Part shown: positions 20,698 through 32,000 of the stretch, piece after piece | Position numbering within the stretch: position 1 is the first letter of the stretch | How the letters are laid out: each line of letters starts with the position of its first letter | From: Nitrosospira multiformis ATCC 25196 | GTDB taxonomy: Bacteria > Pseudomonadota > Gammaproteobacteria > Burkholderiales > Nitrosomonadaceae | Direction: 5' to 3' | DNA length: 32,000 nucleotides | Assembly: GCF_000196355.1 (NCBI RefSeq) | Contig: NC_007614.1 | Coordinates: 1,380,001 to 1,412,000 of the forward strand | Notes under the pieces: model-generated | The model's input: only the letters and a program-made list of their open reading frames with translations | What the model was told of the DNA's origin: nothing | Databases searched by the model: none | Position numbers and translations under genes: made by a program

Positions 20698-21357
20698 TTA
20701 TTCCAGGGATATACGCAGCGCGACCGCGGTACTCCACGGCGCCAATACGAGAGATGCCAGCAGGAAAGCGCCTAGCAGCGACATGTGTGCTCCCGCCCCT
20801 AACCCGGCGGAGCTTGCTTCCACTGCACCCGCACCGAAAATCAGCACAGGAATGTACAGCGGCAACACCAGCAGCGAGACCAATACGCCCCCGCCGCGCA
20901 GGCCCAGAGTAAGCGCTGCGCCGATTGCACCGATCAGGCTCAGCACGGGCGTTCCGAGCAGCAGGGAAGCGGTCAGCACCAGAAGGGCATCACCCGTCAG
21001 ATCGTACTGAATGCCCAATACCGGCGCCATCAGTACAAGGGGGACCCCGGTCACGAGCCAGTGGGCCAGTGCCTTGCCCAATACGAGCAGGGGCAGAGAT
21101 TGGGGCGAGAGCAGCATCTGCTCCAGCGTGCCATCCAGATAATCGCTGGAAAACATGCGTCCCAGTGATAACATCGAGGCCAGCAGAGCAGCCACCCAGA
21201 CCACGCCTGGCGCCATCACACGAAGCATGTTCATCTCCGGCCCGACGCCAAGCGGGAAAAGACTGACGACGATGATGAAAAAAAACAGCGTCGTCAGGAC
21301 ATCGGAGCGGCGTCTTGCCGCAAGCAGAAGATCTCGGCGGAGGATCCAGAAAAACAT
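20698..21357 (-). CDS. ccmB: Heme exporter protein CcmB
   Basis: RRDLLLAARRRSDVLTTLFFFIIVVSLFPLGVGPE...APGVVWVAALLASMLSLGRMFSSDYLDGTLEQMLLSP...LVLPLYIPVLIFGAGAV. Confidence 0.96.
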   Translation of the reverse strand: MFFWILRRDLLLAARRRSDVLTTLFFFIIVVSLFPLGVGPEMNMLRVMAPGVVWVAALLASMLSLGRMFSSDYLDGTLEQMLLSPQSLPLLVLGKALAHWLVTGVPLVLMAPVLGIQYDLTGDALLVLTASLLLGTPVLSLIGAIGAALTLGLRGGGVLVSLLVLPLYIPVLIFGAGAVEASSAGLGAGAHMSLLGAFLLASLVLAPWSTAVALRISLE

Positions 21358-21358
21358 G

Positions 21359-21979
21359 TCAGGTGAGCTGCAGCCGCTGGATGGCGGCGCCTGCTATCTC
21401 GATTTCCTGGTGGGTGGTCATCACGATCATGCCCCCGTGTTCCAGGTGCCGCTCTATCAAACCTTGTACCAGCTTGACTGCACTCGTATCGAGTGCAGTC
21501 AGGGGCTCATCCAGTATCCAGAGCACGGTACCGCATACCAGCAGGCGCGCCAGCGTCACCCGGCGGCGCTGTCCCTGCGACAACACCTTGGCAGGCAACA
21601 GTTCGCGTCCGCCCAATCCCATGTGCTGCAAGGCGTCATGGGCCTTGCGTTCATCCAGATCAACCCCGCCCAGTGCGCTGGAGATGCGCAAATTCTCGAT
21701 GGCAGTCAGATCGTCTTTTACCCCGCCTAAATGGCCGAGATAGGTCATCGCACCAAAATAATCTCCGCCAAGAGAGCGAATCTGGGTACCATCCCAGCGG
21801 ATTTCGCCCTCGGCCGGCGAAGCCAGTCCGCACAACATGCGTAGAAGACTCGTTTTACCGCTGCCGTTGGGGCCCTGAACCTGCATCAACCCCCCGGATT
21901 CGAGCAAAAAATTGACGCCACTGAACAGCTTGCGGTCACCGCGGATGCATGTCAGGTCAATTCCTTCCAGCGTGGGCAT
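21359..21979 (-). CDS. ccmA: Heme ABC transporter ATP-binding protein CcmA
   Basis: Walker A VQGPNGSGKTSLLRMLCGLASPAEGEIRWDG; signature KVLSQGQRRRVTLARLL; Walker B LWILDEPLTALD. Confidence 0.96.
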   Translation of the reverse strand: MPTLEGIDLTCIRGDRKLFSGVNFLLESGGLMQVQGPNGSGKTSLLRMLCGLASPAEGEIRWDGTQIRSLGGDYFGAMTYLGHLGGVKDDLTAIENLRISSALGGVDLDERKAHDALQHMGLGGRELLPAKVLSQGQRRRVTLARLLVCGTVLWILDEPLTALDTSAVKLVQGLIERHLEHGGMIVMTTHQEIEIAGAAIQRLQLT

Positions 21980-22294
21980 TATCAGTCGCCAAAAAAGTCA
22001 GCATTATAGCGTAACGATAAGGCCGATGGCCTTTGGATTGATCTTCCAGTTTCTGCGGCAGTACTGCTGGAAATCAGTATGATTTGGGTACAGCCGGGAT
22101 GTTCATGACATTACTGGTGGTGGGATTGATCAGAATAGGAGGGATAGAAGCAGGGGAGAGGGGGAACAGCAGGAATTTCGGGACAAGGTGACGGTGGCCC
22201 ATTACCTCGCTCCAAGCCTCTGGTTTGCGTTCGCCCGAAGATGTGGACCCGTCTCTCTTGTGTCAGAAGTACGGGGAGTTTTAAACATACTTCC

Positions 22295-22346
22295 AATGAC
22301 GTTGACAGCGGTCATTACTACGGCTGCTACTCGCAGCCGTTTTTTT
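22295..22346 (+). terminator. Two consecutive hairpins, the second a canonical intrinsic terminator reading on the + strand
   Basis: AATGAC-GTTGACAGCG-GTCATT (22295-22316), then CGGCTGC-TACTC-GCAGCCG (22321-22339) followed by seven T. No + strand gene is apparent upstream. Confidence 0.75.
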
Positions 22347-22647
22347 GGCTGTTTTGTTCCTTAGGAGATCTTGTCGCAATTTGTGCCGAAAGAGTGGGAC
22401 GGATAGCTATTTGCGTTACCCTGTCTCTCGCCACTTCAAGACTTGCTGGACCGCCGACAGTGGTTTTTGACTCCCGGTCGGTAATATGCGCGACAAATTT
22501 GACGCATTTCCCATGGATCTCTTTCTGGGCAAAGACGATCCCCTCGTGATCGGATAGTTTTTTTTCGGCTTCAAAACCCAGTTCCCTGAGGCATTCCTGG
22601 ATCTTGTCGACAACATCTGCTTGAATGTTACGGGACGTTTCTTTCAT
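22327..22647 (-). CDS. Hypothetical protein
   Basis: 106 codons, MKETSRNIQADVVDKIQECLRELGFEAEKKLSDHEGIVFAQKEIHGKCVKFVAHITDR...; good ribosome binding site CAGGAGGATTAA directly upstream. Confidence 0.6.
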   Translation of the reverse strand: MKETSRNIQADVVDKIQECLRELGFEAEKKLSDHEGIVFAQKEIHGKCVKFVAHITDRESKTTVGGPASLEVARDRVTQIAIRPTLSAQIATRSPKEQNSQKNGCE

Positions 22648-22675
22648 TTAATCCTCCTGATTGACTCTCCTATCC

Positions 22676-23371
22676 TCAGCGAGGCAGCAGCGCAATGGAA
22701 ACATGCTCGTCGACATTGACGTTCCCGCCACCCGTGCGAGTTCCGTCGCCGGGGAGCAAATAGAGCATGTCAAATCGACGCTCCGAGAACAGTGTCAAAC
22801 GATCATCGATCATGGATTGGAGCGTTGACATGCCGCCAGGAACAGCGTTATTCAGCGTATCACTTATTGCGCCGGTGCAGAAAGGGGCGCCCCCGTCATA
22901 GTGATAGCTCCACCAATCAACGTAGGCCCCCAGTTGTCCTGATGAATCCAGATATGGAATCACGTAATAATTTATGTTTCCATCTGCCTCCGAACAATAC
23001 CAGGGAGTGGAAACATGAAAATTGAAGAAAATTCTGATCAAAAGATCCAGATCGGCGTGGCGGCCTGGATCGTTTTCATGGAAAGGTACGTGACGCCAGG
23101 GTATCCACCCTGCTTTGATGTCAGACGTTCTCCTGGCGTTTTCACCGAGTAGTCTGTCTACTGCGGCCAGAATATCCGGGGCGTTGAGTAGGGGCGGAAG
23201 ATCTATTGCGATTTCCCTGTCTTCTCTTTCCCAGACCAATGTGCTGTCCGTGGAGCCAATATTGGGCCAGTTGATCCACGCCCAACACCCGGCGCAATGG
23301 CTTATGTTCAGAAACTCCGTATTACCTCGGAAATCTGTATCACTGAACCAGTAATTCGTAAGTATGGGCAT
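22676..23371 (-). CDS. Hypothetical protein, Trp/Tyr-rich, no family recognised
   Basis: MPILTNYWFSDTDFRGNTEFLNISHCAGCWAWINWPNIGS...YYVIPYLDSSGQLGAYVDWWSYHYDGGAPFCTGAISDTLN... Start chosen at ATG 23371 rather than the upstream 23521. Confidence 0.65.
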   Translation of the reverse strand: MPILTNYWFSDTDFRGNTEFLNISHCAGCWAWINWPNIGSTDSTLVWEREDREIAIDLPPLLNAPDILAAVDRLLGENARRTSDIKAGWIPWRHVPFHENDPGRHADLDLLIRIFFNFHVSTPWYCSEADGNINYYVIPYLDSSGQLGAYVDWWSYHYDGGAPFCTGAISDTLNNAVPGGMSTLQSMIDDRLTLFSERRFDMLYLLPGDGTRTGGGNVNVDEHVSIALLPR

Positions 23372-23527
23372 CTCGATACTCTCCCGTTTACTATTGATAT
23401 ATTTCTTCCTTTCTTTCAGTAAATTTGCCTCTAGATCTGTAAACGCTGAAACAATTCGATTTAACTTTAGTCTCGTGCAGGGATAAGTCAAGTGGGGTAA
23501 ACCTGGCGCGTGAGGCATCAAAAGTAC

Positions 23528-23991
23528 TTATTGCTTGAACTTTGCCTCGGCGCGTTGCCTGATCTGCTCCAGCGACAGATCTTCCTTACGCGTCGTGATG
23601 AACCAGATATGGCCGAAAGGATCTTGCAGCGCGCCTGACCGGTCTCCATAAAACTGGTCTTCCAGCGGCTTGATGATCTTTGCTCCTTCTCCCACGGCCT
23701 GGTCAAACACCGCATCCACATCGTTCACATATAAATGCAAACCGACCGAAGAACTGCCGGAGGATTGCGGATTACGAAAAGGGCTTTCTTCGCCGCAGTC
23801 ATCCGCCATCATGATGCGCGAGTCACCGATCCGAATCTCCGCTGGCCGACTTTTCCATCTCGCGTATCCATCCTGAACAATTCCATTGCGCTGAAAGCAC
23901 GTTTGTAGAATGCGATCGCCTCAGCTGCTCCATCGATGATGAGGTAGGGAGTGATGCTGTGGTAACCATCGGGTATGGGTTTAACAATCAT
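23528..23991 (-). pseudogene. VOC/glyoxalase-fold protein (PhnB-like) disrupted by a single-base frameshift
   Basis: N-terminal part MIVKPIPDGYHSITPYLIIDGAAEAIAFYKRAFSAMELFRMDTRDGKVG in one frame; the family sequence continues as AEIRIGDSRIMMADDCGEES...GLHLYVNDVDAVFDQAVGEGAKIIKPLEDQFYGDRSGALQDPFGHIWFITTRKEDL in another. One base appears missing near 23842/23843. Confidence 0.85.
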
Positions 23992-24160
23992 GTGCGGTTC
24001 CTTGGTTGATTGATGAATTCCCGAAGGGAGCGGGAGGATTGAGGGCGGAAACTGGAGCTTGCCGATGAACTTGCAATTGCCCGCGAATGGGAAAGAGTGG
24101 AAGTGGAGGGTGATTGAAAGACTCCCGGCCAGGACTCCCGACCGATTCCTCCTTCGGGTG

Positions 24161-26827
24161 TTATTCGGGTTTTATCCAGGCGCCACACCGTTCATCCAGG
24201 CATTTCAACAGTGTCGGCACATCGATTCCCTGTTCTTTCAGCCTGTGTATGAGTTCCTCGCTGATCACATCCTTCTCCTGAAGGCAGTGCAGCAGGTTAC
24301 AGAAATCGTTGGCTTTTGGTTCGTTCGGATTCCATACATTACCCCCCGGGGTCGCAACCGCAGTAAGCGTGCGTTCCCGTTCAAAAGGCGTTCCCCGTGC
24401 CGTTTCACCGCGTGCACGCACCCGGATGTGGAAGACGCCTTGCACCTTGAGTGGATAGGCAGCGGTAAATTGCCCCTGTGGATCGCGGCTGAGTGGGATA
24501 AGCTCAGCAACTCCATCCGGTCGCACTATCTCCCCCCAGACCCTTGCATTTCCCTGAAGCGGCGCATCATATTCGTACAGTGCAGCGATCAGGTGAATAA
24601 TGGTATCCACCTTGAAACTCGCTTGCCTGACATACGTTGTGAAGGTCAAGCTCGAATAGATGTGCGCGACAAACTCATAAGGCAGCGCCGCGTGCTGTGC
24701 AGCAGATACCGAGGTTCCGCCCTGCAGTTTCAGTATTGCATGCCACTGCCCGGCATGGCTTCCGGCTGACTGAGCTGGAAGCACCGGCAACGCGCACCGG
24801 TAATAGGATGCATACGGGCTCAGGATGAATCGTGAATTGGTCGATCCCGGTGGTGACGCTGGCGTAATACTGGAACCGTCCGGCGCTTCAAGCTGAAAAT
24901 CGATCGCTCGCGGAAAAGGGCTCAATACGATCAGATCCATTCCATAATCCGCTTCACAGATCGAAACCGGGATACGATGCTCCGATTCCCTGCTGAGAAT
25001 ACCCCGCGGATCGGCGGTGATCTGGGCATTCGATACGCCCGCGAGAATTTGCAGGAAATACTTGCCGAGCCGCATGGGCTGGTCGCCCGAAAGTGCGCCG
25101 GTCACCAGAAGATATCCGTTATGTACCTGACATAGCGTCGCCAGTGCGGGAATGCTGATGTTGGAGGGCAGTCCCAGGCCAACCGCATAGGTATTTGCCG
25201 TGATGCTGCCCATGACGTCGGCTAGAGGCGGGGGACGATTCCACATTCCATCGGTGAGCACGACCATAGCGGTAACATCGTACGGCGTACCCGCCGTCGC
25301 TTGCGCGTCATCCAGCATCTGCTTTCCATTCACGACACCGTCACCGATGGAAGTGGCGCCAGCGGGATCGATATCGCTTCCGGCAATATGTTCAAGGGCA
25401 ATGGTCCGCCCCGTACCGCCCGGGGCAGCGCCAGCCTCCTGGATTTCCATCAGACGCTGGGCCGCTTCGTTGAAGCGGACCAAGCCGATACCGTCCGCCG
25501 GTTGCATGGCACTGATAAAAACATTGGCGGCTTCGCGCAGTTTCTGGACCTTGGAGATGCCATCGCCAGCATCTTCATTCATGCTGCCGGAGCGATCGAG
25601 CACGAGCGCGACTGCAGAACGGGGACGCGCAGTCGTGTTGGCAGCAATGTTGATTACCCAGCTTTCCCCCGTCTGGACGCAACGCACGGTAACGTTGCCG
25701 CTTGCAGTATCGCCTGGATTCGTGGAGGTGTAGGACAGCCAGAGCCGTGCGTAGGTAACCGGCAGAATCGGATCGCTCGCCACAGCAACGGAGGTGCCAT
25801 TCGGGGTACCGAATCCGCCGGTAGGGCCTGCGGTCATCTCAAATGTCAGGCTTCGGCAGGACACCACTTCCCATAGGATGGCCCGGTGTGTCGTTACACC
25901 GACACCCCCCATCCCGGCGGGAACATTCAGGAAGTTTATACTCGGGGTGGTCAGGGTGATCGATTCAGGGGGAAGAAACAGTTGCAGCGTTTGCCGGATT
26001 ACGCCTGCGCAGACGGGACAGAAAGGGGCGTAATCCCGCATATAACAGCTTGGCAGAGGGCGATAGGTGTCGCAGTCCGAGTAAATTGCGCCTTCATAGG
26101 TGCCTACCGCACCCGCTGCGGGAGGCATCGCGGGTGGGACGCAGACGGAGGCCGCGCAACCGGGGTCGCATTGTGACGGCATGGGAGTGCCCGGCGCGAT
26201 GAGGTCGCGCCACTTGTTAGTGGTGCGGCTGGTATCGCGTGTTACATTCGGCTGAGAGGGTTCTCCCGCCGGTGTGCCTGCGCCATTCCCTCCATACTCA
26301 TCGGCCAGTCCAAAAGCGCTGTGTCCCATTTCGTGGATCGCTATCTGCGCCGCCTGGGCATGGGTAGAGCACGTGGCGATCATTCCACCTGATCCTCCAT
26401 ACTTGCTCGAATTGACTATGCAAAGCACCTGATGCCTGAGCGGGACCTGGGCGGACGCAACGGACAACGCGAGCGCGGCATCCACGGTGAGCAGACGATC
26501 GAGCGGTGTTCCGGCAAAGATGCTGCAAAATGTCGCGTCAAAATAGGTATTGGCCGTGGTTGGAGTTCCTCCGGCGCATCCCGGATCGTCCGCGCCGCTT
26601 TCATTCGACACGATGTCGACACGGTGTACATTGATCCCGCAGAAGAGTTCGTCCAGGGGCGGAGTAGTGCGCAGGGCCGTGACAAAGTTCTGTACGTCGG
26701 TATGATACTGCGCCAACTCGGTCGCACGATATCCATCACCCAGGATGACCAGATTCCATCGGACACTATCGGAGCCGTGATCAACGATCTTCGTGGTGCC
26801 CACGACATACCCGTCACTCGCACTCAT
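24161..26827 (-). CDS. Large protein with an M64-like (IgA peptidase M64 family) metallopeptidase domain and a von Willebrand factor A domain
   Basis: 888 codons. Zinc motif IAIHEMGHSAFGLADEY (HExxH...D); VWA MIDAS-type motif VALVLDRSGSMNEDAG...TAMVVLTDGMWNRPP; C-terminal beta-rich extension. No obvious signal peptide. Confidence 0.85.
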   Translation of the reverse strand: MSASDGYVVGTTKIVDHGSDSVRWNLVILGDGYRATELAQYHTDVQNFVTALRTTPPLDELFCGINVHRVDIVSNESGADDPGCAGGTPTTANTYFDATFCSIFAGTPLDRLLTVDAALALSVASAQVPLRHQVLCIVNSSKYGGSGGMIATCSTHAQAAQIAIHEMGHSAFGLADEYGGNGAGTPAGEPSQPNVTRDTSRTTNKWRDLIAPGTPMPSQCDPGCAASVCVPPAMPPAAGAVGTYEGAIYSDCDTYRPLPSCYMRDYAPFCPVCAGVIRQTLQLFLPPESITLTTPSINFLNVPAGMGGVGVTTHRAILWEVVSCRSLTFEMTAGPTGGFGTPNGTSVAVASDPILPVTYARLWLSYTSTNPGDTASGNVTVRCVQTGESWVINIAANTTARPRSAVALVLDRSGSMNEDAGDGISKVQKLREAANVFISAMQPADGIGLVRFNEAAQRLMEIQEAGAAPGGTGRTIALEHIAGSDIDPAGATSIGDGVVNGKQMLDDAQATAGTPYDVTAMVVLTDGMWNRPPPLADVMGSITANTYAVGLGLPSNISIPALATLCQVHNGYLLVTGALSGDQPMRLGKYFLQILAGVSNAQITADPRGILSRESEHRIPVSICEADYGMDLIVLSPFPRAIDFQLEAPDGSSITPASPPGSTNSRFILSPYASYYRCALPVLPAQSAGSHAGQWHAILKLQGGTSVSAAQHAALPYEFVAHIYSSLTFTTYVRQASFKVDTIIHLIAALYEYDAPLQGNARVWGEIVRPDGVAELIPLSRDPQGQFTAAYPLKVQGVFHIRVRARGETARGTPFERERTLTAVATPGGNVWNPNEPKANDFCNLLHCLQEKDVISEELIHRLKEQGIDVPTLLKCLDERCGAWIKPE

Positions 26828-27294
26828 TGCATGTCCCCTTTCTCTCCCCTCGGTATGTCAAACCGGGCCAACTCGGTTGAGGTGGCACGCTGCTGCGCGC
26901 CCGCAGCAGAAAGAGCGGAAAGGTCCAGCGACTCACCTATCAGGGCAATGGATTCGGCAGCAGGATTATCCGGAAGAAGCACTTCAAAAATACTCTCCTT
27001 GACCTCCCCAAATTTTCGTTCGATCTTGCCATCGGGTGAGTGCACCTCAACGGAGCCGATGAGCGGGGAATGGATAAGCCGATGAAACAGGACGTGGTTG
27101 TTCCCGTCCCGGAGTTCCATCCAGAAGCCACCATTTTTCCTGGCCTGAGGGGCTTCTCCGACCGAAGGCGGACAAATCATGGGAAGCCGCTCATACGAGA
27201 CAAGGTGAACCGCTCCATCTGCAACCCGGAATGTGAGTCTCAGCGTCCCGTGCTGATTGGGCTCGAGCCGGCGGGATTGATTCGAATTTGGCAT
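26824..27294 (-). CDS. Hypothetical protein, probable partner of the M64/VWA protein
   Basis: 156 aa, MPNSNQSRRLEPNQHGTLRLTFRVADGAVHLVSYERLPM...GGFWMELRDGNNHVLFHRLIHSPLIGSVEVHSPDGKIERKFG.... Its stop overlaps the start of the downstream gene by 4 nt. Confidence 0.8.
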   Translation of the reverse strand: MPNSNQSRRLEPNQHGTLRLTFRVADGAVHLVSYERLPMICPPSVGEAPQARKNGGFWMELRDGNNHVLFHRLIHSPLIGSVEVHSPDGKIERKFGEVKESIFEVLLPDNPAAESIALIGESLDLSALSAAGAQQRATSTELARFDIPRGEKGDMQ

Positions 27295-27453
27295 GCTTTC
27301 TCCTGTGAGTAGGAGGGTATGGTTTGCGGCGGCGATGCGTTGAAACTCGGTTCGCCGGTTCTAGTCCTGATGCCTGCTCCTGTTTACATGCGCTGTTCGC
27401 ACCCTGTGCGTTCCTGTTCGCCCGCCGAATCCGCTGAGCTATCCGGAGCCATC

Positions 27454-28395
27454 TCAAGCTTCCACAGTCTTACGTTCAAGCGCGTCCCTATCCCAATGGG
27501 CGAGAGTGGCGGCTGCTTCATAAGTGGTTTGAAAAAACGAGAGAAGTGTCTGCGCAGGGTTCCCGGTTGTTCGCACGGCCTCATACGGCAGGATGAATTC
27601 GCCGAGCTTGTCATGAAAATAAGCTGCCTGCGGCTGAACCTTGTATTCGTTGAAGCCCGCAGGGGTGGGGTAGGCATAAGCATAAAAGGCCGCCTCTCCC
27701 AGCCCTGTTCCAGGCCAGAAGCCTGCACTCGATACCTCGTGCGAATAGGCCTCTTCCATTACGCGAGCGGCAACGTTAGGCGCGCCCCCCGGATGCTTCG
27801 GCGCAGTTCGCCCCGAGAACCGGGTTACCGCGAGATCGAATGCGCCCCAGAAGAAGTGCACCGGACTCACCTTGCCTGTGAAGCGGGCTCGGAAAGCCTT
27901 CAAGACACAGTCCGCCTGCACCAGGGCGCGCCAGAAGAGGGAAACTGCGTCTTTATCATAGCTTGCATGCTGGTCATCCTTCTCGAAAGGAATAGCCACT
28001 TCCACTTCCACCGGCCTTGCAAGGATTTTTACCTCGATGCCGAGTTCTTGAAGCGCCTGCATGGTCTTGTGGTAGAAATCAGCAACCGACATCGGCTCCA
28101 GCGCGAAGGTGTGATCAGCGCCCTTTGATGTGGTGATGTGAAGCGTGTGCGCGATAAAATCGAAATCGATGGCGAAGGTAAATATCCCGTAAGGAATGGG
28201 CGAAGTGGTGAGGCCACGGGTGGTGACATAAAGCGTGGAGCCCCAGCAGTGGTTGATATCCGGGGAAAGCATAAGCCTGATCTTCCCCACGACTTGAGTC
28301 CACATATGGAGGGTATTGCAGGTATCCTGCCAGGCTTCCAGGGGAGGCAGTTTCAGCCAGCCATTCCCCATATCCGCTATATGTTTATTTATCAT
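27454..28395 (-). CDS. DUF5996-like protein
   Basis: WLKLPPLEAWQDTCNTLHMWTQVVGKIRLMLSPDINHCWGSTLYVTTRGLTTSPIPYG...SPVHFFWGAFDLAVTRFSGR...EAYSHEVSSAGFWPG. Start at MINKHIAD is a choice; alternatives exist. Confidence 0.8.
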   Translation of the reverse strand: MINKHIADMGNGWLKLPPLEAWQDTCNTLHMWTQVVGKIRLMLSPDINHCWGSTLYVTTRGLTTSPIPYGIFTFAIDFDFIAHTLHITTSKGADHTFALEPMSVADFYHKTMQALQELGIEVKILARPVEVEVAIPFEKDDQHASYDKDAVSLFWRALVQADCVLKAFRARFTGKVSPVHFFWGAFDLAVTRFSGRTAPKHPGGAPNVAARVMEEAYSHEVSSAGFWPGTGLGEAAFYAYAYPTPAGFNEYKVQPQAAYFHDKLGEFILPYEAVRTTGNPAQTLLSFFQTTYEAAATLAHWDRDALERKTVEA

Positions 28396-28744
28396 AGTAT
28401 TATGATGATGCGGTGACACGGGAAAACAGAGAAATCGCAATGACCACGACACGTATTTTCATCTGGCATGCTTATATCAAACCAGCTCGAATGCACTGGC
28501 CTTACAGTTTTTTCTAGTTCATGTTGTTTCAAATAGCAAGAAAGCTTGAAAGACCTCCCGTAACAAGAAATCTGGAGAAACTCAGATCAATAAATTCGTT
28601 CTCTGAAAGTGGGGGAGAGGAAAGGGATAATCTTCACTTTCCGTGGTGGCAGGCGGCAGATCATCGTTTCAAAAGCTGATCGCGAAGGGCATGCGGGTTT
28701 TGGAGCAGGGTGGCCAGTCCGAGGACGGAACATTTTTTCAGTAA

Positions 28745-29747
<1,003 letters not shown>

Positions 29748-30006
29748 GTACCGTCCGCCCGCTGACTTCAAGGGGACAGAAGGAGCAGAGGGAGCAAAGT
29801 CCGAATCAAAAGGAAGTCTTGATGCGACTTGGCCAGCCGAACATGATGAAGTTCCAAGGAGACGTTACGGCTGTAACAAAGATCGGGTATAAGGAGAAGA
29901 GGGTGAATTCGGCGCTTCCCTGGCACTTCATCCATAAAACACGACTTTGCCATCCAGCCCCAGTCCAATTTGAGTGGCGAGGTGTTTTCAGGTATCATAT
30001 ACGTCC

Positions 30007-31811
<1,805 letters not shown>

Positions 31812-31939
31812 CTGTATTGTTGGAGGCGCCTTTCAAGATCGTTTCAGCCTCTAGTCCTCAGGCCGATTCTCCGGTAGTCCTCGGAGAGTGGCAGAATCGT
31901 TTTCAATAACTTGCAGATAAATGATCAGGGAAAAATAGC

Positions 31940-32000
31940 ATGAGTGCAATTGTAGATGTCATCGCCCGCGAAATTCTTGACTCGCGCGGAAACCCAACCG
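31940..32000 (+). CDS. eno: Enolase, partial (N-terminus)
   Basis: ATG AGT GCA ATT GTA GAT GTC ATC GCC CGC GAA ATT CTT GAC TCG CGC GGA AAC CCA ACC = MSAIVDVIAREILDSRGNPT, the classic enolase start. Confidence 0.95.
   Translation, partial: MSAIVDVIAREILDSRGNPT

Noticed and set aside
24161-26827. M64/VWA protein considered as a MoxR/VWA-type or vWA-based anti-phage system
   Set aside because: No adjacent AAA+ MoxR-like ATPase, kinase/phosphatase or nuclease gene is present in the window.
29748-30006. Remaining tadA/ldt-pyrG spacer considered as a riboswitch or tRNA-containing region
   Set aside because: Only a weak GTTAC/GTAAC pairing near 29870 was found; no recognisable riboswitch or tRNA structure.

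Overview
A gene-dense, mostly housekeeping window from a proteobacterium, probably a beta-proteobacterial ammonia oxidiser of the Nitrosospira type (inferred from gene content and protein style, not tested). Order from left to right: the N-terminus of a membrane sensor (-); an orphan sulfate-binding-protein homologue; a duplicated BON-lipoprotein/CsbD stress module, then a charged periplasmic protein, a small membrane protein and a CBS-pair protein; guaA, guaB, rnfH and ratA (-); smpB and ctaA/COX15 (+); the cytochrome c maturation genes ccmC-D-E-F-G-H-I (-), separated from ccmA-ccmB by an AlkA-like glycosylase (+), murI (-) and a GNAT acetyltransferase (-); an accessory stretch (about 22.3-28.4 kb) with two orphan proteins, a frameshifted VOC protein, a large M64-like metallopeptidase/VWA protein with an overlapping upstream partner gene, and a DUF5996-like protein; then tadA, an L,D-transpeptidase, pyrG and the start of eno (+). 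I see no CRISPR array, tRNA, rRNA, IS element or prophage. The most interesting signals are: (i) the BON/CsbD duplication with a swapped signal-peptide leader shared with the next gene; (ii) the two-gene M64/VWA unit; (iii) a 35-codon ORF that copies the pyrG start and overlaps it by ATGA; (iv) a strong intrinsic terminator with no upstream gene on its strand near 22.32 kb, possibly an sRNA end; (v) a perfect (CCTGAG)9 hexamer array; (vi) the split ccm cluster. None of these is proof of a new system.
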